Of a stretch of DNA of 64,000 nucleotides, positions 47,378-56,377 are shown piece by piece. The position numbers and the translations under genes are program-made. Every line of letters starts with the position of its first letter. The first letter of the stretch is position 1. Source of the stretch: Gammaproteobacteria bacterium (GTDB lineage: Bacteria > Pseudomonadota > Gammaproteobacteria > Ga0077536); contig JACKNG010000001.1 in NCBI GenBank assembly GCA_024235015.1, positions 77,934 to 141,933 of the forward strand, read 5' to 3'. Under the pieces are notes generated by a model. That model had not been told where the DNA came from. It made no database searches and saw nothing but the letters and a program-made list of their open reading frames with translations.

Positions 47378-48418
47378 TCAGGCGTGGTGGCGGGCGGCCT
47401 CGGCGATCACTTCCACCGCCTCGTCCTGCTGGGTGCGCACGGCCAGGGTCGTCGCGCCCGAATCGGTCCAGGCGCGGAAACGCTCGATGATGCGCGCCTT
47501 CGGACCGACCAGGCTCTTGTGGTCCACCCATTCGTCGGGCACGGCCGCCGCCGCCTCGTCCTTGCGACCGGCGAGAAAGAGTTCCTGGATGCGCTCGGCG
47601 GCCGCGCCGTAGCCGCGCCGGGTCATGAGATCCTTGTGGTAGTTCTTGCCCCGTGCGCCCATGCCGCCCACGTAGAGCGCGACCTCGGGCTTCAGCGCGG
47701 CGAGCGCTGCGCCGACGTCGTCGGCGACCTGCACGTGGCAGTTGGCGACGATGTCGAATCCGGCCAGCGACTTGCCGCCGCCGGCGCGACGGAAGCCCTC
47801 CTCCAGCCACGGCCGGTACTCGGGCAGCGAACCCGGCACGAAGCCGAGCGGCAGCCAGCCGTCGGCGATCTCGGCGGTCAGGCGAACGGAGGCGGCGTTG
47901 CCGGTGCCGAGGTAGATGGGAATGGCCGGGTTCATGTGCAGGATGGACTTGAGCGGCTTGGCCAGGCCGGCCGCGCCGGGGCCCTGGTAAGGCAGGGAGA
48001 TCTCCTCGCCGGCATGCGTCACCGGCGCTTCGCGCGCCCAGATCTTGCGGATGATGGCGACGTAGTCCCGGAGCCGGTAATACGGCCGTCCCCACGGCTC
48101 GCCGTACCAGCCCTCGACGATCTGCGGCCCGGACACGCCGATGCCGAGCAGCATGCGGCCGCCGCCGCCCATGGCGTCGATGGTGCCCGCGGTCATCGCC
48201 GCGTTGGCGGCGGTCCGTGCGGCGAGTTGGATGACCCCGGAACCGAGCTTGATGCGTTGGGTGACGGCGGCGAGGTAGGCCAGCGGCGAGAGCGCGTCCG
48301 AGCCATAGGCCTCGGCCGTCCACACCGAGTCGTAACCGAGCGCTTCGGCGCGCTGGACGCGGGCGACCGGTAGCGCCATGCGGGCGCCGGAATAACCGAT
48401 GGCGAGGGCGAGTTTCAT
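47378..48418 (-). CDS. LLM-class F420-dependent-type oxidoreductase (paralogue of 19142..20182)
   Basis: 346 aa from MKLALAIGYSGARMALP..., collinear with the 19142 gene ([41 protein letters not shown]). Confidence 0.8.
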   Translation of the reverse strand: MKLALAIGYSGARMALPVARVQRAEALGYDSVWTAEAYGSDALSPLAYLAAVTQRIKLGSGVIQLAARTAANAAMTAGTIDAMGGGGRMLLGIGVSGPQIVEGWYGEPWGRPYYRLRDYVAIIRKIWAREAPVTHAGEEISLPYQGPGAAGLAKPLKSILHMNPAIPIYLGTGNAASVRLTAEIADGWLPLGFVPGSLPEYRPWLEEGFRRAGGGKSLAGFDIVANCHVQVADDVGAALAALKPEVALYVGGMGARGKNYHKDLMTRRGYGAAAERIQELFLAGRKDEAAAAVPDEWVDHKSLVGPKARIIERFRAWTDSGATTLAVRTQQDEAVEVIAEAARHHA

Positions 48419-48667
48419 GCTGCGCTTCCGGGACTGGCGATGCCGGCAGGATAACGGAGGTTCGGCGGAGTCGTAAGGCCGGTGGCGGCCGGCGCCCGGT
48501 GGTTTCAGACACCGCCGGGCAGGCCGTCGATCCCGGGGCGATGGCGCGGGCGATGGTGTCTGACACCGCCAGGCATGTGCTTGATTTCGTGCCGGGCGGG
48601 CCCGTTAACGCGAAGCGTGCGCCATCCGGGCTATGCTTGGCACCGCTTGCCGACACGAGACCTGGCC

Positions 48668-49969
48668 ATGGGGCTGAGCCTGGATACCCTCGACATCCAT
48701 CACCCGGACGACTATGCCGCGCACGGTTTCCCCTGGGCCGCGTGGGACTTGTTGCGGCGCGAAGCGCCGGTGTTCTACTACGAGCGCGACGACATCGAGC
48801 CGTTCTGGGCGGTGACCCGTTACGACGACGTCATGACGGTGTCCAACCACCCTGACGTCTTCATCAACGGCGGGCCGCGTCTGCGCCTGGCGCTCAAGGG
48901 GCAGCCCGAGATCGCCCGCGCCGGGCTCGATCGCTTCGGCGCGGCACGCGGCTGGGACCCGGACGAGCCACCGGACCTGGTGTTCATGGACAATCCGCGC
49001 CACCGGCGCATGCGTCGCCTGGCCAGCTGGGCCTTCACCCAGGGCGCGATGCGGCGCATGCAGCAGCATTTCCAGGCCCTGGCCGAGGACTTCACCCGCG
49101 ATTTCATGGCCGATCTCAAAGCCGCCGCGGCGCGTGGCGAGAGTCGCGATCTCGTCCAGGGCCTCGCGGCCAAGCTGCCGCTCGCCGCCATCGGCGAGAT
49201 CCTCGGCCTGCCGCCGGGCGACTGGCAGCGCGTGCTGGTGTGGTCGAACGCCCTGCTCGGCGAGTTCGCGCCGGGCTACCGCCACCCGGGCGAGAGCCGC
49301 GGCGCGGCCGGCTATCGCAGCATGGACGAGTTCCGCGGTTACCTCGAAGCCCTGGTGCAGGAAAGCCGTGCCGCGGGCGCCGCACGCGGCGGCTTCATCG
49401 ATCACCTGGTGCACACCCCGGTCCACGGTGCCCTGCTCAGCGACCAGCAGCTCATCGGTTACCTCTTCCTGCTCGTCGCTGCCGGCAACGACACCACGCG
49501 CAACGCCTTCAGCGGCGGCGTGGCCGCGCTCCTGGAGCATCCCGAACAGCTGGCCCGGCTGCAGGCCGAGCCGGCCCTGCTGCCGGACGCCGTGGAGGAA
49601 ATCCTGCGCTGGACGTCGCCGGTCGGCAGCTTCCTGCGTACGGTGACGCGTGATTTCGTCCTCAATGGCGTGACCCTGCGCGAAGCCGATACCGTCGGCG
49701 TGTTCTATCCCTCCGCCAACCGCGACGAGCGTGTGTTCGCCAATCCCTACCGCTTCGACATCACGCGTCGGCCCAACCCACACCTGACCTTCGGTTTCGG
49801 CGCCCATTTCTGCCTCGGCACCAACCTCGCGCGGGCCGAGTTGGCGGCGAGCCTGGCGGCCCTGCTACCCCACCTGCATCGCCTGGAACGGGCCGGGCCG
49901 GGCGAACGCATGGCGCAGACCCACGTGCTCGGCTACTCCCACTTGCCAATGCGGCTGCGCGCGGGCTGA
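48668..49969 (+). CDS. Cytochrome P450
   Basis: 433 aa from MGLSLDTLDIHHPDDY... with the FGFGAHFCLG haem-thiolate loop, EEILRW (EXXR) and AGNDTT I-helix. Confidence 0.9.
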   Translation: MGLSLDTLDIHHPDDYAAHGFPWAAWDLLRREAPVFYYERDDIEPFWAVTRYDDVMTVSNHPDVFINGGPRLRLALKGQPEIARAGLDRFGAARGWDPDEPPDLVFMDNPRHRRMRRLASWAFTQGAMRRMQQHFQALAEDFTRDFMADLKAAAARGESRDLVQGLAAKLPLAAIGEILGLPPGDWQRVLVWSNALLGEFAPGYRHPGESRGAAGYRSMDEFRGYLEALVQESRAAGAARGGFIDHLVHTPVHGALLSDQQLIGYLFLLVAAGNDTTRNAFSGGVAALLEHPEQLARLQAEPALLPDAVEEILRWTSPVGSFLRTVTRDFVLNGVTLREADTVGVFYPSANRDERVFANPYRFDITRRPNPHLTFGFGAHFCLGTNLARAELAASLAALLPHLHRLERAGPGERMAQTHVLGYSHLPMRLRAG

Positions 49970-50158
49970 CCATCGCGGCGCACTCAGTATCGGGATTCAA
50001 TGCCTAAAGAGCGGCTCTTTGACATTTGTTTTCTTTACCCGGGATTCCGGCCGGGCTCCAATGGCGTGACATGCGACCGGCGTCGCGGGCTGCGGGTGCG
50101 GCATTCGAACACGCCATCGCCGGCAGGCAAATCCAATAACAAGGCGGGAGACCTGATC

Positions 50159-50926
50159 ATGAAAAAACAAAACATTCTCGCGCACTCCGGCGCGCCGACC
50201 AGGCGTGCGGGCTTGCTCGCGGCGACCCTGCTGCTCGCTCTCGGAAGTGGCGGTGCGCAAGCCGGCCTGATCACGTTGAGCGGCGCTGGCCTGCTCGGCC
50301 AGGCGGGCGTCGTGCAGCCGAACGGAAACTGGACCGTGGCTGGCAGCTCGATCCAGCATGCCCTCAACAACGGTGGCAACCTCGTGTTGCTGCGCTGGGA
50401 CAACGTGTTCGGCGCCAACCTGTTCAGCGGTGGCGGTGAAGTCAAGGTCCGACTGGACATGACCAGCCTGAGCGGTGACCAGGATCCCATGATCGCGCTC
50501 GCGGATTCCTCGCAGTTGATCGGTGCCGGCGCATTTGATCAGGTCCATGCCTTCACGGGTACCGGTAGCCACAACGGGTCTACCTTCACTTATGACCTGC
50601 AGACCGGTAGCGGTCCCAACGTCGCGTTGAACAACTTCATCCTCGAAGGGGTGTTCACCATCGCCGCCAGCGGCCAGACGACGGTGCGTTCGAATGTCAC
50701 CCAGGGTGCCAACAATGCGACGCTGGTCGAGAGCGACAGCGTCTCGTTCGATCTCAGCCAGCCGCTGTCGCTGCTGTTCCTCGGCCAATCCAGCAGCGAG
50801 AGCTATCAGATCAACAGCATCACCCTGGAAGGCGACATGATCGGTGCCGCGGTGCCGGAGCCGGCCACGGCGCTGTTGCTCTCGTTGGGTGGCCTGTTGG
50901 GGCTGACCCGGCGTCGCGCTGCCTGA
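50159..50926 (+). CDS. PEP-CTERM sorting-domain secreted protein
   Basis: Signal MKKQNILAHSGAPTRRAGLLAATLLLALGSGGAQA. The C-terminus AAVPEPATALLLSLGGLLGLTRRRAA is a canonical VPEP + TM + RRR. Confidence 0.75.
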   Translation: MKKQNILAHSGAPTRRAGLLAATLLLALGSGGAQAGLITLSGAGLLGQAGVVQPNGNWTVAGSSIQHALNNGGNLVLLRWDNVFGANLFSGGGEVKVRLDMTSLSGDQDPMIALADSSQLIGAGAFDQVHAFTGTGSHNGSTFTYDLQTGSGPNVALNNFILEGVFTIAASGQTTVRSNVTQGANNATLVESDSVSFDLSQPLSLLFLGQSSSESYQINSITLEGDMIGAAVPEPATALLLSLGGLLGLTRRRAA

Positions 50927-51011
50927 GCGCATAAGCCCGCCTTTCCCGGATTTGCGGCACCGGCCGGGGGATCTCCGGTCGGGCGCCGCAATCCCCGCCT
51001 GCTTCCCCTGG

Positions 51012-51034
51012 ACTCGATACCACCCGGGTATCGA
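51012..51034. terminator. Hairpin CTCGATAC-cacccgg-GTATCGAG between convergent genes (candidate bidirectional terminator)
   Basis: 8-bp perfect stem with a 7-nt loop, 85 bp after the PEP-CTERM gene stop and 20 bp before the NtaA-like gene stop; no U-tract. Confidence 0.3.
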
Positions 51035-51053
51035 GCGTTCGCCGGTCCGCGGC

Positions 51054-52463
51054 TCAACCCGCGGACTTCTGCACCCCGTCGACGGCGGCCGGCGCCAACG
51101 AGACCCGGCGCGCCGGGTGATCGTCGGCGATCCGCGCGTTGCCCTCGCCCGCATAGAGTTCGCGCAGGGTCGTGCGGCGTTCCGGGTAGGCCGTGCGCAT
51201 GCGCCCGCGGCGCTGCAGTTCGGGTACGACGAGGTCGACGAAGTCGCGCAGGGAGCCCGGCTGGTCGACCGGGATGAGGTTGAAGCCGTCCACCCGGCCT
51301 TCGTCCACCCAGCGCTCGAGTTCGTCGGCGACCTGGGTCGGCGAGCCGCAGATCACGGGGCACACCGAGCTCAGCTTCATGTAGTCGCACATGTCGGCGA
51401 AGGTCCAGTCGCGCTCGGGATCGATGTCGCCGAAGAAGGCGGCGAGGTGCTGCATGCCGTTGGAGGCGAAGGCACCGAGGGTGTCCTCCGGCTGGTACCC
51501 CTTCAGATCGATGCCGGTCCAACCGCCGAACAGCGCCAGCGCGCCCTCCACCGCGGCGTATTCCTTGCACCGCTCGAGCTTGAGCCGCGCCTCGGCCTCG
51601 GTCTCCGCCACCACCACGCCGATACCCTGCATGAGCTTCATGCTGCCGGCGGCGCGGCCGGCGCGGGCTTCCAGTTCACGCACCAGCTTCTCGCCGTCGC
51701 GCGCCCGCGCCAGGTTCTGGAACACCACGAACTGCGCCTCGGCGTGCTTGGTGGCGAACTCGTAGCCGCGCGGCGACTGGCCGGCCTGGACCAGGAACGG
51801 CGTGCGCTGGCGCGTGGGCGTGCACATGTGCGGCCCGGCGACCTGGTAGTGCGGCCCCTGGTGATCGATCAGATGCACCCGCGAGGGGTCGACCAGGCTG
51901 TCGTTGGCGACGTCGTAGACCAGGGCGTCCTCCTCCCACGACAGCTCCCACAGCTTGTAGCAGACCTCCATGTATTCTTCGGCGCGGTCGTAGCGCGCGT
52001 CGTGCTCGAGGATTTCGCCCAGCCCGTTGCGGCAGGCGCTGTCGAGGTAGGAGGTGACGATGTTCCAGCCGATGCGCCCGCGGGTGAAGTGATCGAGCGA
52101 GGAGAACAGCTTGGCGGTCAGGAACGGCGCGAAGTAGGTCGTGCTGTAGGTGACGATGAAGCCGAGATGACGCGTCTCGTGGGCGAGCAGGGGCAGCAAT
52201 ACCGTGGGGTCGTTGCCGGGCAGCTGGATCCCGTGACGGATGCCGGCCTCCATGCTGCCGCCATAGACGTCGTAGCCGCCGTGGACGTCGGCGAAGAACA
52301 GCGAGTCGAAGCAACCCCGTTCGGCCGTGCGGGCGAGTTCGATCCAGAAATCCGGGTCGTTGAAGCCGGGCACCGAGCGGTCCCGCGGGTTCTTCCACTG
52401 CCCCTCCGACTGCGGTGTCGGACAGCATTGCGAGAATGCGTTGATGAGCATCTGTTGCGCCAT
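51054..52463 (-). CDS. LLM-class FMN-dependent monooxygenase (NtaA/SnaA/DszA family)
   Basis: 469 aa from MAQQMLINAFSQCCPTPQSEGQWKNP..., a nitrilotriacetate-monooxygenase-component-A-type bacterial luciferase fold. Confidence 0.85.
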   Translation of the reverse strand: MAQQMLINAFSQCCPTPQSEGQWKNPRDRSVPGFNDPDFWIELARTAERGCFDSLFFADVHGGYDVYGGSMEAGIRHGIQLPGNDPTVLLPLLAHETRHLGFIVTYSTTYFAPFLTAKLFSSLDHFTRGRIGWNIVTSYLDSACRNGLGEILEHDARYDRAEEYMEVCYKLWELSWEEDALVYDVANDSLVDPSRVHLIDHQGPHYQVAGPHMCTPTRQRTPFLVQAGQSPRGYEFATKHAEAQFVVFQNLARARDGEKLVRELEARAGRAAGSMKLMQGIGVVVAETEAEARLKLERCKEYAAVEGALALFGGWTGIDLKGYQPEDTLGAFASNGMQHLAAFFGDIDPERDWTFADMCDYMKLSSVCPVICGSPTQVADELERWVDEGRVDGFNLIPVDQPGSLRDFVDLVVPELQRRGRMRTAYPERRTTLRELYAGEGNARIADDHPARRVSLAPAAVDGVQKSAG

Positions 52464-52539
52464 GAGCGTGACCTCCCCTCGCGACCGTCATGGTGATCCG
52501 CGGGCGTCGACGGCGTGGCGCCGGCGCCCGCGGGGCATC

Positions 52540-52610
52540 GTTCAACTTTAGTTAATTGATATAAATATCACAAGTATTGATTCATCGGTCATGAAAAGCG
52601 AAGACGTGGC
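52540..52610. promoter_or_regulatory. AT-rich promoter/operator region upstream of the NtaA-like monooxygenase gene with two small palindromes (TGATAT-aa-ATATCA; TTCAT-cggtc-ATGAA)
   Basis: caactttagttaattgatataaatatcacaagtattgattcatcggtcatgaaaagc, which lies between the monooxygenase start and the TetR stop. These are candidate TetR operators. Confidence 0.4.
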
Positions 52611-52636
52611 GCGGCTGCAGGGTGTCGGTGTACACG

Positions 52637-53266
52637 TCACCGTTTGCTCCCGGCGCCGCCCGGCAGGTCCTGGTGCAGGGCCATGTACAGGGTCTGGCGG
52701 ATGAAGCGGTTGATCTCGCGCTTGTCTCGCCACATGAAATGCAGCTGGGTGATGGTGATGCCGCTCGACAGGATCAGGCGTGCGGCGTCGGTCGCGTTGG
52801 TCGAACGGGCGATGTCGCCCTGCTTCTGGCCACGGCGGATCGACGAGGCCATCATCTCGACGATGCGGTTGTGGTAGTCGAGAAAAGAGTCCCAGATGCC
52901 GTCCTCGTTGCGCACCGCCGTGCACCATTCCAGCCACACCTGTGCATATTGCGGCTCGTCCTTGATCGATTCCGAGTAGGCCTTGACGTGCCCCTCGAGG
53001 GCTGCGAGGGGTGGGATCTCGGGCCGGTGCCAGTAGGCGGCGAGTTCGAGGTAGACGCGCTTGACCTCCTCGACCGTGCTCTTGACCAGCGCCGTGCGGT
53101 TTTCGAAGTAGGAGAAGACCGTCGGCACCGAGACGCCGCATTCGCGGGCGACACCGGCATGGGTGAGGCGGCCGAGGCCGACGTTGGCGGCCTCGGCGAT
53201 GGCACCACGCAACAGTTGCGCGCGGCGCTCGGCCTGGGACAGTCTCTGGCGGGGCTTGTGCGGCAC
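52637..53266 (-). CDS. TetR/AcrR family transcriptional regulator
   Basis: HTH RLTHAGVARECGVSVPTVFSYFENRTAL. There is no in-frame ATG at a sensible position; the GTG at 53266 (MPHKPRQRLSQAERRAQLL...) is the best guess and the start is uncertain. The long N-terminal extension in the track is Arg-rich junk. Confidence 0.6.
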   Translation of the reverse strand: MPHKPRQRLSQAERRAQLLRGAIAEAANVGLGRLTHAGVARECGVSVPTVFSYFENRTALVKSTVEEVKRVYLELAAYWHRPEIPPLAALEGHVKAYSESIKDEPQYAQVWLEWCTAVRNEDGIWDSFLDYHNRIVEMMASSIRRGQKQGDIARSTNATDAARLILSSGITITQLHFMWRDKREINRFIRQTLYMALHQDLPGGAGSKR

Positions 53267-53719
53267 GTCGGTCGGCGAGAGGAGCGTCAGCGGTGGATGC
53301 GCGGGCCTGGCGGTGAGGGGCGACGTCGCGATCCTACCACCGGCCCGCGCCGCGGCGCGCCGCTTGCGCGTGGAACGGGCGCCGTTCAGTTCACCACGTT
53401 GCGCGGTACGCCGGCGACGAAGGCCTCGACGTTGCCGAGCAACTGCCCGGCCAACGCGGCCGGGGTGTGATCGCTGGCGAAGCCTGCCGCGGTGAGGTCG
53501 CGCCGCAGGGCCCGGCACAGGGCCCGGCGTCGCCTGGCGGTACGACACCGCGGGGATTGACGGCCGGCGTCGGGCGCGCCATCGTCACGCCTCGTTTCCG
53601 ACGGGAGCGACCATGCGCGCCGCCCTGCCCGACAGTCAGCGCCTCGCGGCCCGCCCGCGCGGCGGCCAGCACGGCACGCGCCGCTGGCTGGCAGCGTGCC
53701 GGCGACGGTTGGCGGTGAC

Positions 53720-54676
53720 ATGACGCCGCGCCATCGCGCCGTCCCGCCGGCCGCCCTCCAGCCCCGCGGGCGCTACCTCGAGGACAAGCGCAGCTTCGTC
53801 GACACCAGCGACGGCGACGGCGTCAGCGTGAGCCTGCGCACGGCCGTCGCGCCGGCGCGGGGCGTGCCCTATCGCTTCGAACACCCGCTCGTCTGTCTCA
53901 CCAACGTCGGCGCCATCCGTTTCAGCACCGCCAGCGGCGCGAGTACGCGCCACGCCGCCGGCGACATCCTGTTGATCCCGGCCGGCGAGCCGGTCTTCAC
54001 GGACTACCTCGCGCCGAGCGCCGCGGCGCCGCTCGCCTGCACCACGCTGGAGCTCGACAACGCGCTGGTTACGGCGGTCGCCGACCGGCTCGGCGCGGCC
54101 TGGCCGGATGGCGAGCGCTATGCCGCGCTCTATACCGTCGAATCGATCGGCGAGTTCGTCGACGAGGCGACCCGCGTCTGCATCCGCCAGCTCGACCAGC
54201 TGCTGCGTACCGGGTTCCCCGTCGCGCACCGCGAGCACCTGGTCGAGCTCGCCTCGGCGCAACTCGTCACCCTGCTGCTGCAATCGAACGCGCGCGAGGC
54301 GCTGCTCGCGCGGCGCGGCGCCGTGGGCGATGCCTCGCGCCTCGGCGGGCTCGTGGCCTACATCGCGGCGAACCTCGCGGGCGATCTCGACGTCACCGCC
54401 CTCGCCGCCCGCTGCTACATGAGCGTGGCCACCTTCCATCGCCACTTCGTGCGCCGCTTCGGCTGTCCACCGGCCCGTTTCGTACTCGATGCGCGGCTGC
54501 GCGAGGCCGCGCGGCGCCTGCGCGCCGACCCTGCCGTCGCCGTCGCCGAGGTGGCGCGGGCCACGGGGTTCGGCAGCGCCGCCCACTTCAGCACCATGTT
54601 CCGGCGGCGGTTCCGCATGAGTCCGCGCGCCTGGCGCGCGGCGGCGCGGCCGGCCGGCGGAGTTGCGGATTCCTAG
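53720..54676 (+). CDS. AraC-family transcriptional regulator (cupin-like N-domain + AraC HTH)
   Basis: C-terminal HTH_AraC (YMSVATFHRHFVRRFGCPPARFV...ATGFGSAAHFSTMFRRRFRMSP). Start taken at MTPRHRAV at 53720; the track start at 53696 is also possible. Confidence 0.75.
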   Translation: MTPRHRAVPPAALQPRGRYLEDKRSFVDTSDGDGVSVSLRTAVAPARGVPYRFEHPLVCLTNVGAIRFSTASGASTRHAAGDILLIPAGEPVFTDYLAPSAAAPLACTTLELDNALVTAVADRLGAAWPDGERYAALYTVESIGEFVDEATRVCIRQLDQLLRTGFPVAHREHLVELASAQLVTLLLQSNAREALLARRGAVGDASRLGGLVAYIAANLAGDLDVTALAARCYMSVATFHRHFVRRFGCPPARFVLDARLREAARRLRADPAVAVAEVARATGFGSAAHFSTMFRRRFRMSPRAWRAAARPAGGVADS

Positions 54677-54816
54677 CAGAGACTTGCGTCGCCGGGGCAA
54701 GTTCGCGGCGCGAGCTTGACGAGCACTGCGGCCCTGCCTTTCGATGGCCGGCGGTACCGCGCCCGCGGCGCACGCCGCATGCGGCCGGTACGGAAGAGCA
54801 CTACGGGAGGTGGAGG

Positions 54817-55575
54817 ATGTCGACGACTGCCAATCGCGTGGCCCTGCCGACGGGCGCCGAAGGGATCTTCGTGCGCGCACTGCGCCTGGTCTTCGCCGTC
54901 GCCTGCGTGGCCTACGCGGTGATGGCTTTCGATTATTTCATCGGCTACACCAGCGGCCGCGAAGGCCTGTGGTTGCGCCTGTTCACGGCCCTGACCTCGC
55001 CCGAGCACGGCCTCGGCGCGGGTTCGGTCCATGTCGAGCAGGCCGCGCCCTACCGGGCCGGGCTGCCCTTCATGCTGATGCACACCATGATGGGCGCGCT
55101 CTGCCTCGCCGTGGGGCCGTTCCAGTTCTCCGCCGCCGTGCGCCGTCGGTATCCCTACGCCCACCGCGCGATGGGCCGCGTCTACCTCGTCTCCGCCGTG
55201 ATGAGCATGATCGGCGGGCTGCTCTATCTCGGCACGACGTCGTTCGCCGAGGTCTACGCCGGCAAGCCGTTCGCGCTCGCGCTGACCGGGCTCGACCTCA
55301 TGGTGCTGTTCTCGGCCTGGCTCGCCTACGCGGCGATCCGCCGCCGCGAGGTGCGCCGGCACCAGGCCTGGATGGCGTTCAACTTCGGCCTCATCCTGGC
55401 GACCCCGGCGCTGCGCCTGTTCTGGATCCTGTTCGGCTGGTTCGCGCCCGGCCTCGACCAGGAGCAGGCCAACATGGCCATCACCACCTTCCTCCTGCCG
55501 CTGTGCCTGTTCGCGACCCTGGCCTGGATGAGCCTGCAGTACCCGCGCCGGCGCGCGGCCGGGGCGGCGTCGTGA
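54817..55575 (+). CDS. Hypothetical polytopic membrane protein
   Basis: 252 aa with ~6 predicted TM helices and no recognisable catalytic motif. Confidence 0.5.
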   Translation: MSTTANRVALPTGAEGIFVRALRLVFAVACVAYAVMAFDYFIGYTSGREGLWLRLFTALTSPEHGLGAGSVHVEQAAPYRAGLPFMLMHTMMGALCLAVGPFQFSAAVRRRYPYAHRAMGRVYLVSAVMSMIGGLLYLGTTSFAEVYAGKPFALALTGLDLMVLFSAWLAYAAIRRREVRRHQAWMAFNFGLILATPALRLFWILFGWFAPGLDQEQANMAITTFLLPLCLFATLAWMSLQYPRRRAAGAAS

Positions 55576-56210
55576 GCACGGCCGGCGGCTGGGCGCGCGC
55601 GGCCGCGCTCGTTCTCGCCGTGCTGGTGCTCGACCAGGCGGTCGGACGCTTCGTCCTCGGCCATGACCTGCTCGGCGGGCTCAGGGATGCCGCGCAGGCG
55701 GCCGCCGGGCTCGCCCGCTTCCAGGCCGCCTGGCCGTTCGCGTTGCTCCAGGTCGCCGCCGCCGCGGCCGCGGCCTGGTGGGGGCCGGCGGCGGTTCGGC
55801 GTGCGCTCGACGCGGGCCGGGTGTCGCCGCCCTTCCTCGCCGCCTGCGCGGTGTCCGCCGTGACGGCCGTCGTGCTCGCCGAGCCGGGCGAACTCGGCGG
55901 GCGCGACCTGGTGGCCTACGCCTGGGGCATGGGGCTGCTGTGGCTGGGCGCGCTCGGCATGGCGCTATGGGCCGCGCGACGCGGCATCGCGCCCGCGGTG
56001 CGCGACTGGACGGCCTACAGCTACGCCGTGGCCCTGGTGCCGCTCACCGCCCTGCCGAGCATCCCGTTGTGGGCGGCGCTGATAGGCATGTCCGGCGACG
56101 AGGCGGCCGTCTCCGCGTTCACCCTCTCGGCCGCCTTCCACGTGCTGGTTGCGCACTACTGGATCTTCGAGCGGCTGGACGCGCGCCCGCGACCACCTGC
56201 CGCCGCTTGA
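55572..56210 (+). CDS. Hypothetical membrane protein (GTG start overlapping upstream stop)
   Basis: Tail of the 54744..56210 frame from VSTAGGWARAAALVLAVLVLDQ...; hydrophobic segments consistent with 5-6 TM helices; GTGA overlap with the upstream gene. Confidence 0.4.
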   Translation: MSTAGGWARAAALVLAVLVLDQAVGRFVLGHDLLGGLRDAAQAAAGLARFQAAWPFALLQVAAAAAAAWWGPAAVRRALDAGRVSPPFLAACAVSAVTAVVLAEPGELGGRDLVAYAWGMGLLWLGALGMALWAARRGIAPAVRDWTAYSYAVALVPLTALPSIPLWAALIGMSGDEAAVSAFTLSAAFHVLVAHYWIFERLDARPRPPAAA

Positions 56211-56377
56211 CGGGCCGCCGAGCGCGATCGAATTGCGGACGAATGGCGCGTCGCCCCCGGCTCCGTCACCCCCCACCACCCGCGCGTCACTCCGGCGCCC
56301 GCTGCGCCCCGGTGCGGCCATGCACCGAGCGACGATCGCCGCCGTTGCCGGGGCGCCATCGCCACCCCGTGCGCGGC

